From NCBI GenBank assembly GCA_965199715.1, contig OZ241322.1:160001-224000 (forward strand): 64,000 nucleotides of DNA, in the 5' to 3' direction. Made by a program: the position numbers and the translations under genes. Under the pieces are notes generated by a model, which saw only the letters and a list, made by a program, of their open reading frames with translations, had not been told where the DNA came from and made no database searches. This DNA comes from Vicinamibacteria bacterium (GTDB lineage: Bacteria; Acidobacteriota; Vicinamibacteria; Marinacidobacterales; Marinacidobacteraceae). Every line of letters begins with the position of its first letter. The stretch's first letter is position 1. This document shows, piece after piece, positions 61,283-64,000 of this stretch.

Positions 61283-63334
61283 ATGCTCCGCCGCGCTCTC
61301 ATCACCGTCCTCGCCGCGCTTCTGGCGCTGCCCGCTCTCGCCCAGGAGAAGCGGGCGATGACCATCGTGGACCTTATCGACATGCCGAGGCTCGGCAGTC
61401 CCCGGGTCTCGCCCGACGGGTCGCAGGTCCTGTTCACCCGCTCGGACACCGACTGGAAGGAGAACGGGCGGACGACCCACATCTACCGGATCGACGCCGA
61501 CGGAACCGGCGAGGTCCGGCTCACGAACGGCGAGAACGGCGAGTCGAGTCCGCGGTGGTCGCCCGACGGGAGCATGGTCGCGTTCCTGGCCCGCCGCGGC
61601 GAGGACGATTTCACCCAGATCTACCTGATGCGCAACCGGGGCGGCGAGGCCTCGCCGCTGACCAGTCATGACAGTTCGGTCCAGTCCTTCCAGTTCGCTC
61701 CCGACGGCGCGTCCATCGTCTTCGTCGCGCCCGAGGCCAAGTCCGAGGAGGAGAAGAAGAAGGACGACATGATGGACGACGTGTTCGCGTTCGACGAGGA
61801 CTACAAGCAGCGGCACCTCTGGCGGGTCATGGTCGGCGGGGACGACGAGGGGAGCGAGGAGCGCATCACCGAGGGCGACTTCTCGGTGATCGGGTTCAAC
61901 CTGTCGCACGACGGCGCGCGGATCGCGCATTCCCGCAGCGTCAGCCCGCTGGTGGACAACCGGGACGAGGGCGAGGTCTGGATCATGAAGGCCGACGGCT
62001 CCGGCGCGATGCAGCTCACCGACAACACGGTCAGCGAGTCCGGCGCCCAGCTCTCGCCCGACGGCTCGACCGTCATGTTCACGTCGGACTCCAGCGCCGA
62101 CTTCGAGACCTACTTCAACGACAACATCTTCCTTGTGCCGGCGGGCGGCGGGCCGCACCGGATGCTCTTCGAGGACATGCCGCACGAGGTCAACGGCGCC
62201 CGCTGGGCCGGGGACGGGTCGATCTACTTCACGGCGAACACCGGAGTCCGCACCGAGCTCTTCCACGCCCGGATCGATGACGCCGAGCCGACCCAGCTCA
62301 CGGCGGGCGACCACGCGCTCCAAGGCTGGAACTTCTCGGCGGCGGCCGACATGCACGTCTTCGGGATCAGCTCCCCGACGAACGCCGGCGACTTGCACCT
62401 GCTTCCGGCGGCGGGCGGCGACCCGACGAAGGTCACGTCGGTCTTCGACCATCTCGACCGGGAGTTCCGGCTGCCCCGGCAGGAGGCGGTCCGCTGGGAC
62501 GGCGCCGACGGAGTCGAGGTCGAGGGGCTGCTCTACTACCCGCTCGACTTCGAGGAGGGGACCCGCTACCCGCTCGTGGTCCAAACCCACGGCGGCCCCG
62601 CCGCATCCGACAAGTTCGGATTCGTGTCGTGGAGCAGCTACGTCCAGGTGCTCGCGGCGCGCGGCTACATGGTGTTCAAGCCCAACTACCGGGGCAGCAC
62701 CGGCTACGGCGACGACGTCCTGCGCGACATGGTCGGCCACTACTTCCGCCAGGCCCACCTCGACGTGATGACCGGCGTGGATTACCTGATCGAGCGCGGC
62801 CTCGTGGACGGCGACCGCATGGCCAAGATGGGCTGGAGCGGGGGCGGCCACATGACCAACAAGATCATCACCCACACCGACCGGTTCAAGGCGGCCTCCT
62901 CCGGCGCGGGGGCCGTCAACTGGATCTCCATGTACGGCAACAGCGACGTGCGCATCTACCGCACGCCGTGGTTCGGCGGCACCCCGTGGCAGGAGGACGC
63001 TCCCATCGACGCGTACTGGAACCACTCCCCGCTGAAGGACATCTACCGGGTCACGACCCCGACGATCGTGCTCGTCGGCGAGAACGACGTCAGAGTGCCG
63101 CCCGAGCAGTCCGTCGAGCTCTACCGGGCCCTACGCACGAACGGCGTGGACACGCACCTCTACATCGCGCCCAGGGAGCCGCACGGCTGGAGGGAGCTCC
63201 GGCACCAGTTGTTCAAGGTGAACGTGGAGATCGACTGGTTCGAGCGACACGTGCGCGGGATCGAGTACGAGTGGGAGACCGGTCCTGCGGACATGGGGGA
63301 AGGGGAGGAGGCCACCGACGGCATGGAGCAGTAG
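61283..63334 (+). CDS. Secreted S9 family peptidase
   Basis: RBS GGAGG, signal peptide ending PALA, SPDG repeats, HGGP, PNYRGSTGYG, catalytic GWSGGG, D.RVP and EPHG. Confidence 0.9.
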   Translation: MLRRALITVLAALLALPALAQEKRAMTIVDLIDMPRLGSPRVSPDGSQVLFTRSDTDWKENGRTTHIYRIDADGTGEVRLTNGENGESSPRWSPDGSMVAFLARRGEDDFTQIYLMRNRGGEASPLTSHDSSVQSFQFAPDGASIVFVAPEAKSEEEKKKDDMMDDVFAFDEDYKQRHLWRVMVGGDDEGSEERITEGDFSVIGFNLSHDGARIAHSRSVSPLVDNRDEGEVWIMKADGSGAMQLTDNTVSESGAQLSPDGSTVMFTSDSSADFETYFNDNIFLVPAGGGPHRMLFEDMPHEVNGARWAGDGSIYFTANTGVRTELFHARIDDAEPTQLTAGDHALQGWNFSAAADMHVFGISSPTNAGDLHLLPAAGGDPTKVTSVFDHLDREFRLPRQEAVRWDGADGVEVEGLLYYPLDFEEGTRYPLVVQTHGGPAASDKFGFVSWSSYVQVLAARGYMVFKPNYRGSTGYGDDVLRDMVGHYFRQAHLDVMTGVDYLIERGLVDGDRMAKMGWSGGGHMTNKIITHTDRFKAASSGAGAVNWISMYGNSDVRIYRTPWFGGTPWQEDAPIDAYWNHSPLKDIYRVTTPTIVLVGENDVRVPPEQSVELYRALRTNGVDTHLYIAPREPHGWRELRHQLFKVNVEIDWFERHVRGIEYEWETGPADMGEGEEATDGMEQ

Positions 63335-63562
63335 GCGGCGCGGGTGCCGAAGGCGCCCGGATTCGACGTATCGCATCCGTATCTCCGCGCGGGTGAGGCG
63401 AGACGGGACTTCCGGCGCGCGAAGGAACCTTGAAGGTCTGGCGCATCCAAATGGATGACCCGCCGGAAGACTTCTTCCTTCGCTGACGAACCCACCCGCG
63501 GATCGCAACCGAACCGTCCGGCTTCAAATGGCCAAACCAGTTCTCACTCTAGGAGCAAGACA

Positions 63563-63745
63563 GTGTCCGAAGAGACAACATCCGGCGGTGGACGCCAACC
63601 CGTGGTCTGGCGCATGCACATCAAGACCGCCCCTGAAGCAGGGAACACCCGGCAGGACGTGTTTGATCCTTGTGTGCGGCAGCGCATCCTGGGGGTCGGG
63701 TGGAGAGTGTTGGACAGAGGCGACCACGATGGTTTCGTTCGCTGA
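63563..63745 (+). pseudogene. Short ORF (60 aa), possibly a truncated N-terminal fragment of a foreign gene
   Basis: AGGAG 7 nt before GTG; protein-like WRMHIKT...CVRQRILGVGW followed by an early TGA, in a stretch that looks lower in GC than its neighbours. Confidence 0.3.
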
Positions 63746-63910
63746 CCAGACGGTCGTACAGGGGTCGCATGGTGCGATGCGCGCACGTTCACTGCGTATG
63801 CCGGTTCGTCAGTGCCCGATTCCACGCGCTTCAGGTGGGCGAGGGAGGTATCCCGTCGGAATGCGGGGTCTCCGCCGGCGTGGGCCGAGGCCAGGGACGG
63901 CGCGAAAGGG

Positions 63911-64000
63911 TCAGACGTCAAGGAACGCGGTCCACGAGTACTCGATATCCCCAGCCAGGCTGTGCATCACGCTGCAGTACTTCTCGAACGACAGGTCCAC
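63911..64000 (-). CDS. OsmC/YhfA family protein, 3' end (partial)
   Basis: Minus strand reads VDLSFEKYCSVMHSLAGDIEYSWTAFLDV*, containing the S.EKYCSV motif. Not present in the ORF track. Confidence 0.75.
   Translation of the reverse strand: MDLSFEKYCSVMHSLAGDIEYSWTAFLDV

Noticed and set aside
25274-63025. Long antisense or alternate-frame ORFs (e.g. 25274-27616, 27388-29307, 32273-35374, 53669-56122, 57958-60846, 61262-63025)
   Set aside because: Shadow ORFs from high-GC codon bias; each overlaps a gene with clear family motifs and has none of its own.
63404-63416. CGGGACTTCCG, the inverse of the start of the 39-bp repeat at 25327
   Set aside because: An 11-bp GC-rich match 38 kb away, enclosing housekeeping genes, is compatible with chance.

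Overview
High-GC bacterial DNA; the gene content resembles Acidobacteriota, but that is inference. Positions 1-25240 are the tail of a CRISPR-Cas locus: the last codons of a probable cas1 (or cas4-cas1), cas2, a ~257-bp leader, and a very large array (~24.6 kb, roughly 330 units estimated from the ~74-75-bp period). The 37-bp repeat CCACTCCGGGGCATGATTGCCCCGGCCTCATTGAAGC is of the type I-G (former I-U) kind. Just after the degenerate terminal repeat is a second, unrelated 39-bp direct repeat pair enclosing a 35-bp insert with the same 74-bp period, a candidate ectopic/neo-CRISPR or regulatory mini-array. Positions 25361-64000 are dense chromosomal genes: tandem S9 peptidases, an ADP-ribosylglycohydrolase, an aldehyde dehydrogenase-ABC exporter-M28 peptidase block, two Tat-signal HisC-like aminotransferases, an Mrp-type antiporter cluster, murJ-xerD-tsaC, lon, TPM/TPM/lemA, PBP1A, a TIGR01777-like epimerase, a third S9 peptidase and the end of an OsmC-family gene. 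The most striking coding oddity is ribosomal protein S20 (rpsT) fused in frame, through a signal-peptide-like hydrophobic segment, to a DUF2911-like secreted domain. All calls were made by eye from motifs, without database searches.
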